Source of the DNA: an uncultured Pseudomonadota bacterium
GTDB taxonomy: Bacteria > Oederibacteriota > Muellerivitia > Muellerivitales > Muellerivitaceae
Direction of reading: 5' to 3'
NCBI GenBank assembly: GCA_963770835.1
Contig: CAVYRH010000007.1
Span: 64,001 to 128,000 of the forward strand
DNA: 64,000 nucleotides
Shown: positions 46,593-55,925 of the stretch, in pieces
How the letters are laid out: each line of letters begins with the position of its first letter
How positions within the stretch are numbered: position 1 is the first letter of the stretch
Made by a program: the position numbers and the translations under genes
The notes under the pieces: model-generated
Databases searched by the model: none
What the model was told of the DNA's origin: nothing
What the model saw: the letters and a program-made list of their open reading frames with translations, nothing else

Positions 46593-49500
46593 TTGTTCCT
46601 CAAAAAGCTCGAAATACACGGTTTCAAATCCTTCGCCGATAAAACCGAACTCCTTTTTGAAACCGGTGTCACCGCCGTCGTGGGGCCCAACGGCTGTGGA
46701 AAAACCAATGTAGCGGACAGCATCCGCTGGGTGATGGGGGAACAGTCCGCTAAGGGCTTAAGGGCCTCCGAAATGACTGACATCATCTTCAACGGTACCG
46801 ACTCCCGCAAACCTTCCAGCATGTCGGAAGTGACCCTTACCCTTTCCAACGAAGACAAGACGATCCCCCTGGAATACAACGAAATTTCCATTACGCGGCG
46901 CGTTTACCGTTCCGGGGAATCCGAGTACCTCATCAACAAGGTACTTGCCAGACTCAAGGACGTCAAAGAGCTCTTCATGGGGACGGGACTGGGCATCAGC
47001 GCCTATTCGGTTATGGCCCAGGGTCAGATGGACCAGATCATCATGTCCAAGCCAACCGAGCGACGAGCCATCTTCGAGGAGGCCGCCGGCATCACCAAGT
47101 ACAAGGCTCGAAAGGTGGAAGCCCTGCGGAAGCTGGATGCAACGGACCAAAACCTGATCCGTATTTCCGACATCATTGCTGAAATCAAACGGCAAATTTC
47201 CACGCTGGAACGGCAGGCCAAACAGGCCGAAAAGTACCGTGAGTACAAAGAAGAGCTGGGCAAACTCCAGGTCCAAATCCATCTGGACAAGTCCGTCAAA
47301 TTGAAAGGCAGACTCAAGGATATTCACCACAAGATGAACCAGGTAAAGGAACGCCTGGAGGGGGCGCAGTCCGAAACCCATAAGCTGGAGCAGGACGAGA
47401 AAAACCAGCGGGCCCAGCTGAACGAGATTGAACAAGAACTTTCCGGCGTCAGGGAGCAAGCCTACAAGGTGGGAAGCGAAGTCGAGGTGACCCAAGGCCG
47501 GGTGGAGGGCACCAAACGGCACCGCAACCTGTTGGCTGACCAGAAGCAGCGGAACGAACAACAAGCGGTCGAGGCTTTAAGTCGGATCGAACAACTGAAG
47601 ATCTGGGTGGCGGAAAGGCTTCAGCTTCTTCAAAACAAGGAGGCCCAGAGGAACGAAAAAGAGGGGTTGCGAGCGGGTTTTTTGGAAAAGCTGGGATCGT
47701 TGGATGGTGACCTTTCGGCCAAAAGCCAGGACCTGGAAATCAAGAATGCCGCCGCCATGGACTTGGTCCAGAAGTCCGCGCAGATGAAGGCCGAACTGGA
47801 TTCGCTGAAGGCCCAGGATGCGGAAACTTCCCGCCGGGTTGGCGACCTGGCCGCGCAGGTGGAGCGGCTTCAAAGGGAATGGGAGGCGGCACAGGAGCGG
47901 CTCACGAAAATCCACGCGGAAAAAAACGCGACTCAGGCCGAGGAGGCCCGGCTTGATGAAAGCATCCTTCAATACCAAGGCGGGCTTTCCCACAAAGAAA
48001 CCCGCATCGATGAGATCAACGGGGATTTAAAGCGCATCAACAACCAATACTCGGAAACCCGTTCCCGTTTCGGCGTTTTGGAGGAATTGCAGATCAAGTT
48101 GACCGGCTACGACGCCGGCGTCAAAGTGATCCTCCAGGCCAAGCAAAACGAACCCCTCATGTGGCAGGAAGTGTTGGGCGTGGTAGCTAACCTGGTTTCG
48201 GTGGACCAGACCCATGAGAACGCGGTCGAAGCCCTTTTGGGCGGGCAATTACAATCCCTGGTGGTCCGGAACCGCGCCACGGCCCACAAGGTCATCGAGC
48301 ATCTCAAAACCGAGGGACAGGGGAAAGTTTCGTTATTTGTGCTGGAGGACCTCCTTCAAGGCCAGGGGGAGACTTTGCCGGAGAGGGTCCTTTTGGAATC
48401 GGGCGTGGAAGCCTCCATCGTTTCGATACTCAAATACGACCCCCAGGTGGAACCGGTGATCCGTTTCCTTTTTAACCTGGACGTCTTTGCCCGTGATTTT
48501 TCGGCCGCTGAGGCCCTAATTGCCGCCTACCCCAAGGTCCGTTTCGTCACCAGGGAGGGAGACCGGCTGGGCCCCCTGGGGTCTATGAAAGCCGGCTCGA
48601 CCATCACCGGCGTCTCGCTCCTCGGGCGCCACCGGGAAATGTCCGAGTTGTCCGAGAAGATCAAGGCTTTGGAAAGCCAAATGCAGGAAGCAGAACGTCT
48701 TTTGAGCGAAACCAAACGCCAGCGTAAGGAAACCGAGGACCAACTTCTTGGGGCTGAAACCCAAAGGCAGCAATTAAAAATCCGTCTTGCCGGCATGGAA
48801 AAGGAAATTACACAACTCCAGGAAACCCAGGTCCGGCTGACGGCGGAGAAAACCACGGAGGAAAAGGAAAAGGGAAAGCTGGAGGAGCACTGGAACACGG
48901 ACAAGAACCGCATCCAGCAATTAAGCCATCTCTTGGCTGAAAGCGAGCAGGCACACCACCTGACCCAGGAAGAGATTTCCGAGGCGCGTCGCAACCTTCA
49001 GGAACTGCAAACCCGCAAAGAGGAGATATCCCGGCAAATTCTCCAGGTGGAGATGGAACTTTCGGCCCTCGACGAAGTGGCTGCCCGCTCGAAGGAGGAG
49101 GCGGAACGCTACCAAGTGGAGCAGGACCAATTGGCCCAATCGGCGGCCCAAAAGCGGGAAGAAAACCACCAAATCGACTTGCAAGAGCAGCAGCTTTCCT
49201 TGGACCTGGATGACCTTGAAAAAAAGGTTGGAGGGCTCTCCGAGTCCAAACAGGAAGCGGATACCCGGGTCAAGATTATCGTGGAGAAACGCGAAAAGAT
49301 TGCCATGGAAACCGAGGAAAGGGCCGAGAAGGTTCGCCAAGCCCGGGGCAAATTTGAGGAAATCCAGAAAGACCTGCATGGTTACGAGCTGCAAGAGGCC
49401 CAAGTGAACGTGGAGACCCGTAACATCGAGGAAAAACTGCAGGTGGAATACAAAGTGGACTTGGACAACCCGCCGGTTTCCCTTGAGAAGGATTTTGACG

Positions 49501-50174
49501 ACGAAGCTGCAGAAAAGGAATCCATCGAGCTGAGGGCCAAAATTGAGCGCCTGGGGTTGGTGAACATGGTGGCGGTCGAGGAGTACGACGAACTCAACCA
49601 GCGCTACAAGTTTTTAACCGAACAGCGGGACGATCTTTTAAAGGCCAAGGATGACCTCCAAAAGGCCATCAACAAGATCAACCTGACGTCTAAAGAACTG
49701 TTTACTTCCACCTTCGCCACGGTCCAGGAAAATTTCAAGGACACCTTCCAGCGGCTTTTCGAGGGGGGGAGGGCGGAGCTGATCCTCATCGACGAGGGCG
49801 ATGTGCTGGAATCGGGGATCGAAATCGTGGCCCGACCGCCAGGCAAACGCCTTCAGTCGGTCTCCTTGCTTTCCGGCGGAGAGAAAGCACTGACCGCCAT
49901 CGCGCTTTTGTTCGCGCTTTTCATGGTGAAACCCAGCCCCTTCTGTCTTTTGGACGAAATTGACGCCCCCCTGGACGACGTCAATGTGGGACGGTTCAAC
50001 CATTTGTTGAGGGAGTTCAGCAAGAAAACCCAATTCATCATGATTACCCACAGCAAGGTCAGCATGGAAACGGCGGACGTCATGTACGGCGTTACCATGC
50101 AGGAATCAGGCGTTTCCAAGATCATTTCCACAAAATTTAAGGAAAATTCCCCCGAGGAATCCACGGTTTCTTGA
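46593..50174 (+). CDS. smc: Chromosome segregation protein SMC
   Basis: GFKSF, GPNGCGKTN, coiled coils and hinge, LSGGEK, LLDEIDAPLD. Confidence 0.97.
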   Translation: MFLKKLEIHGFKSFADKTELLFETGVTAVVGPNGCGKTNVADSIRWVMGEQSAKGLRASEMTDIIFNGTDSRKPSSMSEVTLTLSNEDKTIPLEYNEISITRRVYRSGESEYLINKVLARLKDVKELFMGTGLGISAYSVMAQGQMDQIIMSKPTERRAIFEEAAGITKYKARKVEALRKLDATDQNLIRISDIIAEIKRQISTLERQAKQAEKYREYKEELGKLQVQIHLDKSVKLKGRLKDIHHKMNQVKERLEGAQSETHKLEQDEKNQRAQLNEIEQELSGVREQAYKVGSEVEVTQGRVEGTKRHRNLLADQKQRNEQQAVEALSRIEQLKIWVAERLQLLQNKEAQRNEKEGLRAGFLEKLGSLDGDLSAKSQDLEIKNAAAMDLVQKSAQMKAELDSLKAQDAETSRRVGDLAAQVERLQREWEAAQERLTKIHAEKNATQAEEARLDESILQYQGGLSHKETRIDEINGDLKRINNQYSETRSRFGVLEELQIKLTGYDAGVKVILQAKQNEPLMWQEVLGVVANLVSVDQTHENAVEALLGGQLQSLVVRNRATAHKVIEHLKTEGQGKVSLFVLEDLLQGQGETLPERVLLESGVEASIVSILKYDPQVEPVIRFLFNLDVFARDFSAAEALIAAYPKVRFVTREGDRLGPLGSMKAGSTITGVSLLGRHREMSELSEKIKALESQMQEAERLLSETKRQRKETEDQLLGAETQRQQLKIRLAGMEKEITQLQETQVRLTAEKTTEEKEKGKLEEHWNTDKNRIQQLSHLLAESEQAHHLTQEEISEARRNLQELQTRKEEISRQILQVEMELSALDEVAARSKEEAERYQVEQDQLAQSAAQKREENHQIDLQEQQLSLDLDDLEKKVGGLSESKQEADTRVKIIVEKREKIAMETEERAEKVRQARGKFEEIQKDLHGYELQEAQVNVETRNIEEKLQVEYKVDLDNPPVSLEKDFDDEAAEKESIELRAKIERLGLVNMVAVEEYDELNQRYKFLTEQRDDLLKAKDDLQKAINKINLTSKELFTSTFATVQENFKDTFQRLFEGGRAELILIDEGDVLESGIEIVARPPGKRLQSVSLLSGGEKALTAIALLFALFMVKPSPFCLLDEIDAPLDDVNVGRFNHLLREFSKKTQFIMITHSKVSMETADVMYGVTMQESGVSKIISTKFKENSPEESTVS

Positions 50175-51292
50175 GCCCCTCTGCCTTTTTTGAGAAGACC
50201 ATTAAGAAAATCTTCTGGAAGAGCTTGAATCCCAAGGCATCTCCACCTGGAACTTTTCGCCTCAAACCCAGCATGGCTGTTCTAGCGCTGCGGCCTGACC
50301 GGTTGGGGGATTTCATCCTCTCCACTCCAGCGCTTCAGGCCTTGGAAAGGGAATTGGGTTCTTCCGTCCGGCTGACCCTTGTCGTCGGTGAGCGGAACGG
50401 GGCACTCGCGCGCTTTTTTTTCCCTCGCGCGGAGGTTCTTGTTTTTCGGAAATTCTTCCTAAGTCGTTTGATCCTTTTTCTTCGGCTAAGGATGAGACAT
50501 TTTGACCTAGTACTGGATTTTCATTCCTATCCCTTTTCCACCACCTCTGCGATTTTGGCCCTTTGTTCGGGAAGTCCCTTCCGTGTCGGTTTCTGGGATC
50601 GTAAAGAATCAAACCGGCTTTCCCGGCGGGTTTTTAACTTGGGAGTGCCTTCGCCCCCTGAGAACCTTCATGAGATGGAAAAGAGTTTCTTACTTCTTAA
50701 GCCTTTGCGGTTGAGTCATCCGAAATCCAAGGAAGCGATCCTTAAAATCCCTGACGTGCCTGCTGGAATCGCAAGCCGGGTGAAGGCTTTTTACGACCGG
50801 ATCGGTGTGGGTCCTCTAACGGTTCTTTTGGCCATTCATCCTACCCTTCAAAAAGAGGACAACCGCTGGTCCCTTGAAAAATATGTCGAACTTAGCAGGA
50901 AGATGGCCTCGTTTTCAAAATTTAAAATGGTGGTTGTCCATGGATTGGGCGAAGAAGACCACTTGCAACGTTTTAAGGGGCTGGCCACTGAAATTCCTAA
51001 TCTCTTTGAACTACCCGATAATGATGTTTTCTTTATACTGGAGGCCGCAAAGCGCTTTAATCTATTGGTCTGTAATGATAGTGGTTTGATGCACTTGGTT
51101 GCCCTGATGACAAGAGTTTTGGCGATTTTTGGACCCAGCGATCCGGAACGATGGGGACCATTAAAGGCCGGAAATTTGCGACCCAAAATCCTTCGTTCAA
51201 GAGATCATTGTTGCGATTCGGTTCGAGTTTCAATGGTCACCGAGGAAATCGAAAAAATGGTTCGGCGCCCACGGTCACTGCTTCATCGTTAA
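50171..51292 (+). CDS. Glycosyltransferase family 9 (ADP-heptose:LPS heptosyltransferase-like)
   Basis: RPDRLGDFILSTP, RW, NDSGLMHL, IFGPS. Confidence 0.85.
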   Translation: MSPSAFFEKTIKKIFWKSLNPKASPPGTFRLKPSMAVLALRPDRLGDFILSTPALQALERELGSSVRLTLVVGERNGALARFFFPRAEVLVFRKFFLSRLILFLRLRMRHFDLVLDFHSYPFSTTSAILALCSGSPFRVGFWDRKESNRLSRRVFNLGVPSPPENLHEMEKSFLLLKPLRLSHPKSKEAILKIPDVPAGIASRVKAFYDRIGVGPLTVLLAIHPTLQKEDNRWSLEKYVELSRKMASFSKFKMVVVHGLGEEDHLQRFKGLATEIPNLFELPDNDVFFILEAAKRFNLLVCNDSGLMHLVALMTRVLAIFGPSDPERWGPLKAGNLRPKILRSRDHCCDSVRVSMVTEEIEKMVRRPRSLLHR

Positions 51293-51329
51293 CGCTTTAG
51301 AATTCCTTGTTTTTTAAAGGCCGAAAAGA

Positions 51330-52253
51330 ATGGGCTTATTTGACAAATTTCGAAATGGGCTCCGAAAAACCGCCCTACAGCTGTCTGTCCCATTGGAAAG
51401 CTTATTCAAAGGCCCTGCCCAGCTTTTAGAGTCCACTCTGGGTGAACTTGAAGAAAGATTGGTAGCGACCGACATGGGGTCTGCTACCGTACAGGCTATT
51501 ATCCTGGAAATAAAAGAGGCTGCAAAAAAGGAGGGAAAACCTGACGCCGCCATACTCACCCGTCAGTTAAGAGGTGCAATATTACGAAGGCTTTCAAAAG
51601 CCTATTCCCCATGGAAACCACCTGTCCCCATTGTCATTTTGCTTGCCGGCGTGAATGGAGCGGGGAAGACCACAACTGCCGGCAAGTTAGCGGCCCGTTT
51701 TTCCAAAGAAGGACGGAGGGTGCTTTTGGCAGCGGCGGACACTTTTCGGGCTGCTGCAGAAGAACAGCTGACGGAATGGGCTACCCGTGCTAAAGTAGAG
51801 TTCATTCGGGGCTCCCATGGAGCTGCCCCCTCGACAGTAGTATTTGACGCGTTAAAGTCTGGGCTTTCCCACGGTGTTGATTGCTTTGTAATAGATACAG
51901 CTGGTCGGCTCCATAACCGGCAGAATTTGATGGAAGAATTGCAGAAGATTTCACGGGTCGCCGAAAAAGCGACGCCGGGAGTTTCCATCGAGAAGTGGCT
52001 GGTTTTGGACGCCAACACCGGCCAAAATGGATTGAGCCAAGCCCATGAGTTCAACAAGGGAATGCCGTTGACGGGTTTGGTATTGACGAAGTTGGATGGA
52101 ACCGCGAAAGGCGGCATCGTGGTCGCCCTTTCCGAGCAGCTGGGACTTCCTGTGCGTTTTTTGGGTGTGGGAGAAGGGTTGGAAGACTTGATCCCCTATG
52201 ACCCCCAAATGTTTGCAGAGGCTTTAGTCACTGATCCGGTTGTAAACGTTTAA
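51330..52253 (+). CDS. ftsY: SRP receptor FtsY
   Basis: GVNGAGKTT, DTFRAAA, DTAGR, TKLDGTAKGG. Confidence 0.97.
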   Translation: MGLFDKFRNGLRKTALQLSVPLESLFKGPAQLLESTLGELEERLVATDMGSATVQAIILEIKEAAKKEGKPDAAILTRQLRGAILRRLSKAYSPWKPPVPIVILLAGVNGAGKTTTAGKLAARFSKEGRRVLLAAADTFRAAAEEQLTEWATRAKVEFIRGSHGAAPSTVVFDALKSGLSHGVDCFVIDTAGRLHNRQNLMEELQKISRVAEKATPGVSIEKWLVLDANTGQNGLSQAHEFNKGMPLTGLVLTKLDGTAKGGIVVALSEQLGLPVRFLGVGEGLEDLIPYDPQMFAEALVTDPVVNV

Positions 52254-52265
52254 GGAGGATTTTGT

Positions 52266-52616
52266 ATGGAACGTCTGGTGCTTGCGTCGCGAGCGGCCAT
52301 GTCCAATACATCCGTCACCGTTGTAGATATTGAAGGGGTGTTGGATATCAATACGGTGGGCGAGTTCGAGGCCATCCTTCAAGAACTGTTCAAAAAGAAG
52401 CAATATAAGATTGTCTTGAACATGAAAAAACTAACTTATATTTCCAGCGCAGGTTTCGGTGTTTTGATGAGCATCATCAAGGACGTCCGGAAAAACCGCG
52501 GCGACATCAAGATCGCCAATGTCAGTCCCGATATCTACAAAGTTTTCGATTTGCTCGAATTACCCGGACTTTTTCATATCCTGAAAACCGAACAAGACGC
52601 CGTCAGCGAGTTCTAA
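52266..52616 (+). CDS. STAS-domain anti-sigma-factor antagonist
   Basis: GVLDINT, LTYISSAGFGVL (phosphorylatable Ser motif). Confidence 0.88.
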   Translation: MERLVLASRAAMSNTSVTVVDIEGVLDINTVGEFEAILQELFKKKQYKIVLNMKKLTYISSAGFGVLMSIIKDVRKNRGDIKIANVSPDIYKVFDLLELPGLFHILKTEQDAVSEF

Positions 52617-52639
52617 ATTTCACCGAAAATTTTCCGCGA

Positions 52640-54211
52640 ATGAATTTAGGCATGAAGCAAAATTATTTTTTTGTGCATTCGAAATATCTTCGTGCCTATT
52701 CCTTGTTCATTTTCCTGCTAATTCTGATCATCCCACTTTGCCCGTTTGTTTCCGCAAGAGAAATTAATCTTACCATCCTCTTCACCAACGATCATCTGGG
52801 ACAGGTGGACCCCATTCATACTGACGACCCCTCCAAGCCCGTGGGAGGTGTGACCCGTCGGGCAGCCCTCATCAAAAAAATTATCCAGGAGGTCGGGCCG
52901 AAAAACGTTCTTTTGGTGGATAGCGGAAGCTTATTTACCGGCACTGCTTTTTCAGATATGACCCAGGGAGAAGTGGATTGTGCGGCCTACCAGCTGATGC
53001 AATACGACGCGGTGGGCTTGGGCCCCCATGATTTCGACTACGGTAAAAAAACACTCCTCGATTACCGTAAGACCTTCCGGATCCCCTGGGTTTCGGCCAA
53101 TGTGGTTGTACGCACAAACTTCCAGAATTTCATGCGTCCTTACGTGCTCAAGTACGCCGACATGCGAGTGGGAATGATCGGGTTCAGTAATCCCGATACA
53201 ACCTCGCTCACCCGCCGGGAAAATGTGTCGGGGCTTATCTTTAACCCACCAGGAGCTTCCGCCAAGGGCCTCCATTCGATCCTGAAAAAAGATGCGGATT
53301 TTTTCATCGCCTTGAGCCAACTCGGGATGGACGCAGACAAAAAGTTTGCCAAGGACAATCCCTTCCTGCACGTTATCATCGGCGGTTTCAGCCGGACGCT
53401 TTTAACCAAGCCGGTGGTGGAAACAAAGGCTGACGGCAGTCCCGCAGGCCCGCTGATTGTCCAGGCAGGCTCCCGGGGGTTTTACCTGGGCCGATTGGAT
53501 CTAACCGTGGGGGGACATCGGGACCCTAAAAGTAAAAAAGAAGAGTATTCGGTCGAGGATTTCAAATACCAACTAATTCCCATTACTTCCGACCTACCGG
53601 AGGATCCACAGATGGCGGGCCTCTTGGCCAAGTACAAAGAGAGGCTTAAATCCAAACCCCTCGAAGAAGTGCTAACGACCGTAACCGGGGATCTTACGGA
53701 CTGTAGCGGTGGGGATTCACTTATCGGGGAAATCATGGCCGATGCCATGCGGAAATCGGCCCAAGCGGAGATAGCCTTGGTGAACAATGGATTCTTCAAC
53801 CCTGGTTTCAAATCGGGCGATTTTACCCGCGAGATTCTTTACCAGGTTTGTCCTTCCGATAGCGGAATGGCCGTCATTGATGTGCCCGGGGTTTATTTGA
53901 GGAAGGCTCTTGAGGAATCGGGGACGGAAAAAGGACAGAATGGTTTTTTACAGATTTCGGGTTTGAAAATCCAAAAGAATGGGGAAGAGTTAACGATGTT
54001 GATGGGGGACGAACCTTTGAACGACCGTCGGAAATACCTGGTGGCTGTAAACGATTTTTTAGCCAATGGAAACGGTGGTTATGATTTTTTTGGGAAAATA
54101 AAATCTCGTCGGAAAATTCAAATTAGCCTTCGAGATTTGCTGGAAACGTCGCTTAAAGAAAAACCGAAAATTGCACCGGAGGATTTGGAAAAACGCTGGA
54201 TACTGCCGTAA
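52640..54211 (+). CDS. UshA-like 5'-nucleotidase homolog with a degenerate metal site
   Basis: Calcineurin-like domain plus 5'-nucleotidase C-terminal domain (FLQISG, NDFLANG..GY); metal motifs altered. Confidence 0.8.
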   Translation: MNLGMKQNYFFVHSKYLRAYSLFIFLLILIIPLCPFVSAREINLTILFTNDHLGQVDPIHTDDPSKPVGGVTRRAALIKKIIQEVGPKNVLLVDSGSLFTGTAFSDMTQGEVDCAAYQLMQYDAVGLGPHDFDYGKKTLLDYRKTFRIPWVSANVVVRTNFQNFMRPYVLKYADMRVGMIGFSNPDTTSLTRRENVSGLIFNPPGASAKGLHSILKKDADFFIALSQLGMDADKKFAKDNPFLHVIIGGFSRTLLTKPVVETKADGSPAGPLIVQAGSRGFYLGRLDLTVGGHRDPKSKKEEYSVEDFKYQLIPITSDLPEDPQMAGLLAKYKERLKSKPLEEVLTTVTGDLTDCSGGDSLIGEIMADAMRKSAQAEIALVNNGFFNPGFKSGDFTREILYQVCPSDSGMAVIDVPGVYLRKALEESGTEKGQNGFLQISGLKIQKNGEELTMLMGDEPLNDRRKYLVAVNDFLANGNGGYDFFGKIKSRRKIQISLRDLLETSLKEKPKIAPEDLEKRWILP

Positions 54212-54267
54212 GAATAGTTTGAATGTCCCTGAACGTCGTGCAACCATCCCCTTTATCGCCTCTTTCC

Positions 54268-54295
54268 TTGACACCCCTTCCCCGGCCCTTATAAT
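54268..54295 (+). promoter_or_regulatory. Consensus sigma70 promoter for glgA and the GGDEF-CBM48 gene
   Basis: TTGACA-N16-TATAAT. Confidence 0.7.
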
Positions 54296-54339
54296 GCCGC
54301 TTTCGACACTCTCGTTTTTAAAGTTGATCTAGGATTCAA

Positions 54340-55866
54340 ATGCCGCGTAAAACTATAAAAAAAACAAAAGTTGTTCCTAAAACCTCCTCTAAGGCCGCCC
54401 GTTCCCCGCATCCTTTAAAGGTTCTCTTGGCGGCTTCGGAAGTCGTACCTTTCGCTAAGACGGGCGGGTTAGCCGATGTGGTAGGGGCCCTTCCTAGGGC
54501 GCTCTTGAAATTGGGATGCGAGGTCGCGGTGGTCCTGCCCAAGTACCGCAGTATTTCCCCGGAAAAATACAAATTGAAAGTTGCGGTCAAGGATATGCCG
54601 GTCCCAATGGGAATGGGTGAAATGAGCGCCGATATCCTTTCGACCCGCCTGGGTGATACGCATGCGATGGCTTATTTCATCCAAAACGACCGTTATTTCG
54701 ACCGGGGAGGCTTTTACGGCACTTCCGAAGGTGATTACCACGATAACGCCGAGCGCTTCGCCTTTTTCTCCCGCGCCGTCCTGGAAATGCCCAAAGCACT
54801 CCATTGGTATCCCGACATCCTCCACCTTAACGACTGGCAGACGGGGCTGGCTGCGGCTTACTTGAAAACCATCTACAAGGATGAGCCTGCTTTTTCCTCA
54901 ACCAAGAGCCTATTTACCATTCATAATATGGCCTACCAGGGGCTCTTTCCCAAATACGTCTTGCCCATGACGGGAGTCGGCTGGGAAGAATTCAGCCCCG
55001 ATAAACTCGAATTCTATGACCAGGTTAATTACTTGAAGGCGGGGTTGGTTTACTCGGACGCACTGAACACCGTTTCGGAAAGATACTCTCGGGAAATCCA
55101 GACCGACGAATTCGGGCACGGGCTCCAAGGGGTCCTCAAGTCCCGTTCTTCGGACCTCCATGGCATCGTCAACGGTATCGATTACGATGAATGGAATCCG
55201 GCAACGGACCGGGAAATACCCTCCCAATATACGGTTAAAAACCATGAAAAAAAGTTGGAGTCAAAGCGGAAACTGTTAGAAGAAATGGGGCTGGAGTTTA
55301 AACCCGGCGTTCCAGTAGTGGGATTGGTTTCCAGACTGACCGATCAGAAGGGGTTAGACCTTATCGCCGAAACCATTGAGAGCTTTCTCTCGATGGATGT
55401 CCAATTCATCGTACTGGGAACGGGGGAACCCCGGTACCACGCCCTTTTCGAGAATTTAAACCAGAGATTTCGCACGAAGTTGTCGGTCGCGTTGAAGTTT
55501 GACCCCCGACTTTCCAAAATGATTTATGCCGGCAGCGACTTATTCTTAATGCCGTCGCGTTTCGAGCCCTGCGGCCTGGGCCAAATGATCGCCATGAAAT
55601 ATGGAACCATCCCGGTGGTGCGCCGCACGGGCGGCTTGGCGGATACGGTGGAAAACCTTTCGCTGGACGGCAAAAAAGGGACCGGGTTTGTATTCGACAA
55701 TTACATCGGGGATGAACTTCTTTTCACCATCAAGCGGGCCGTAGAAGCCTTCCACCAGCCAAAGCTTTGGAAGGCCCTGGTCCAGCGGGCAATGAAAGAG
55801 GATTTTTCCTGGGATGTCTCCGCCGAAAAATATCTGGATCTTTACCGGGAAATCCTTCAAAAGTAA
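54340..55866 (+). CDS. glgA: Glycogen synthase
   Basis: KTGGLADV, HLNDWQT, TIHNMAYQG, SRFEPCGL, TGGLADTV. Confidence 0.96.
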   Translation: MPRKTIKKTKVVPKTSSKAARSPHPLKVLLAASEVVPFAKTGGLADVVGALPRALLKLGCEVAVVLPKYRSISPEKYKLKVAVKDMPVPMGMGEMSADILSTRLGDTHAMAYFIQNDRYFDRGGFYGTSEGDYHDNAERFAFFSRAVLEMPKALHWYPDILHLNDWQTGLAAAYLKTIYKDEPAFSSTKSLFTIHNMAYQGLFPKYVLPMTGVGWEEFSPDKLEFYDQVNYLKAGLVYSDALNTVSERYSREIQTDEFGHGLQGVLKSRSSDLHGIVNGIDYDEWNPATDREIPSQYTVKNHEKKLESKRKLLEEMGLEFKPGVPVVGLVSRLTDQKGLDLIAETIESFLSMDVQFIVLGTGEPRYHALFENLNQRFRTKLSVALKFDPRLSKMIYAGSDLFLMPSRFEPCGLGQMIAMKYGTIPVVRRTGGLADTVENLSLDGKKGTGFVFDNYIGDELLFTIKRAVEAFHQPKLWKALVQRAMKEDFSWDVSAEKYLDLYREILQK

Positions 55867-55925
55867 AAATCTGCGATTCCCTACTTCGCTTTTAACCACC
55901 ACTCCTGCCAAAATGGAATTATCAA

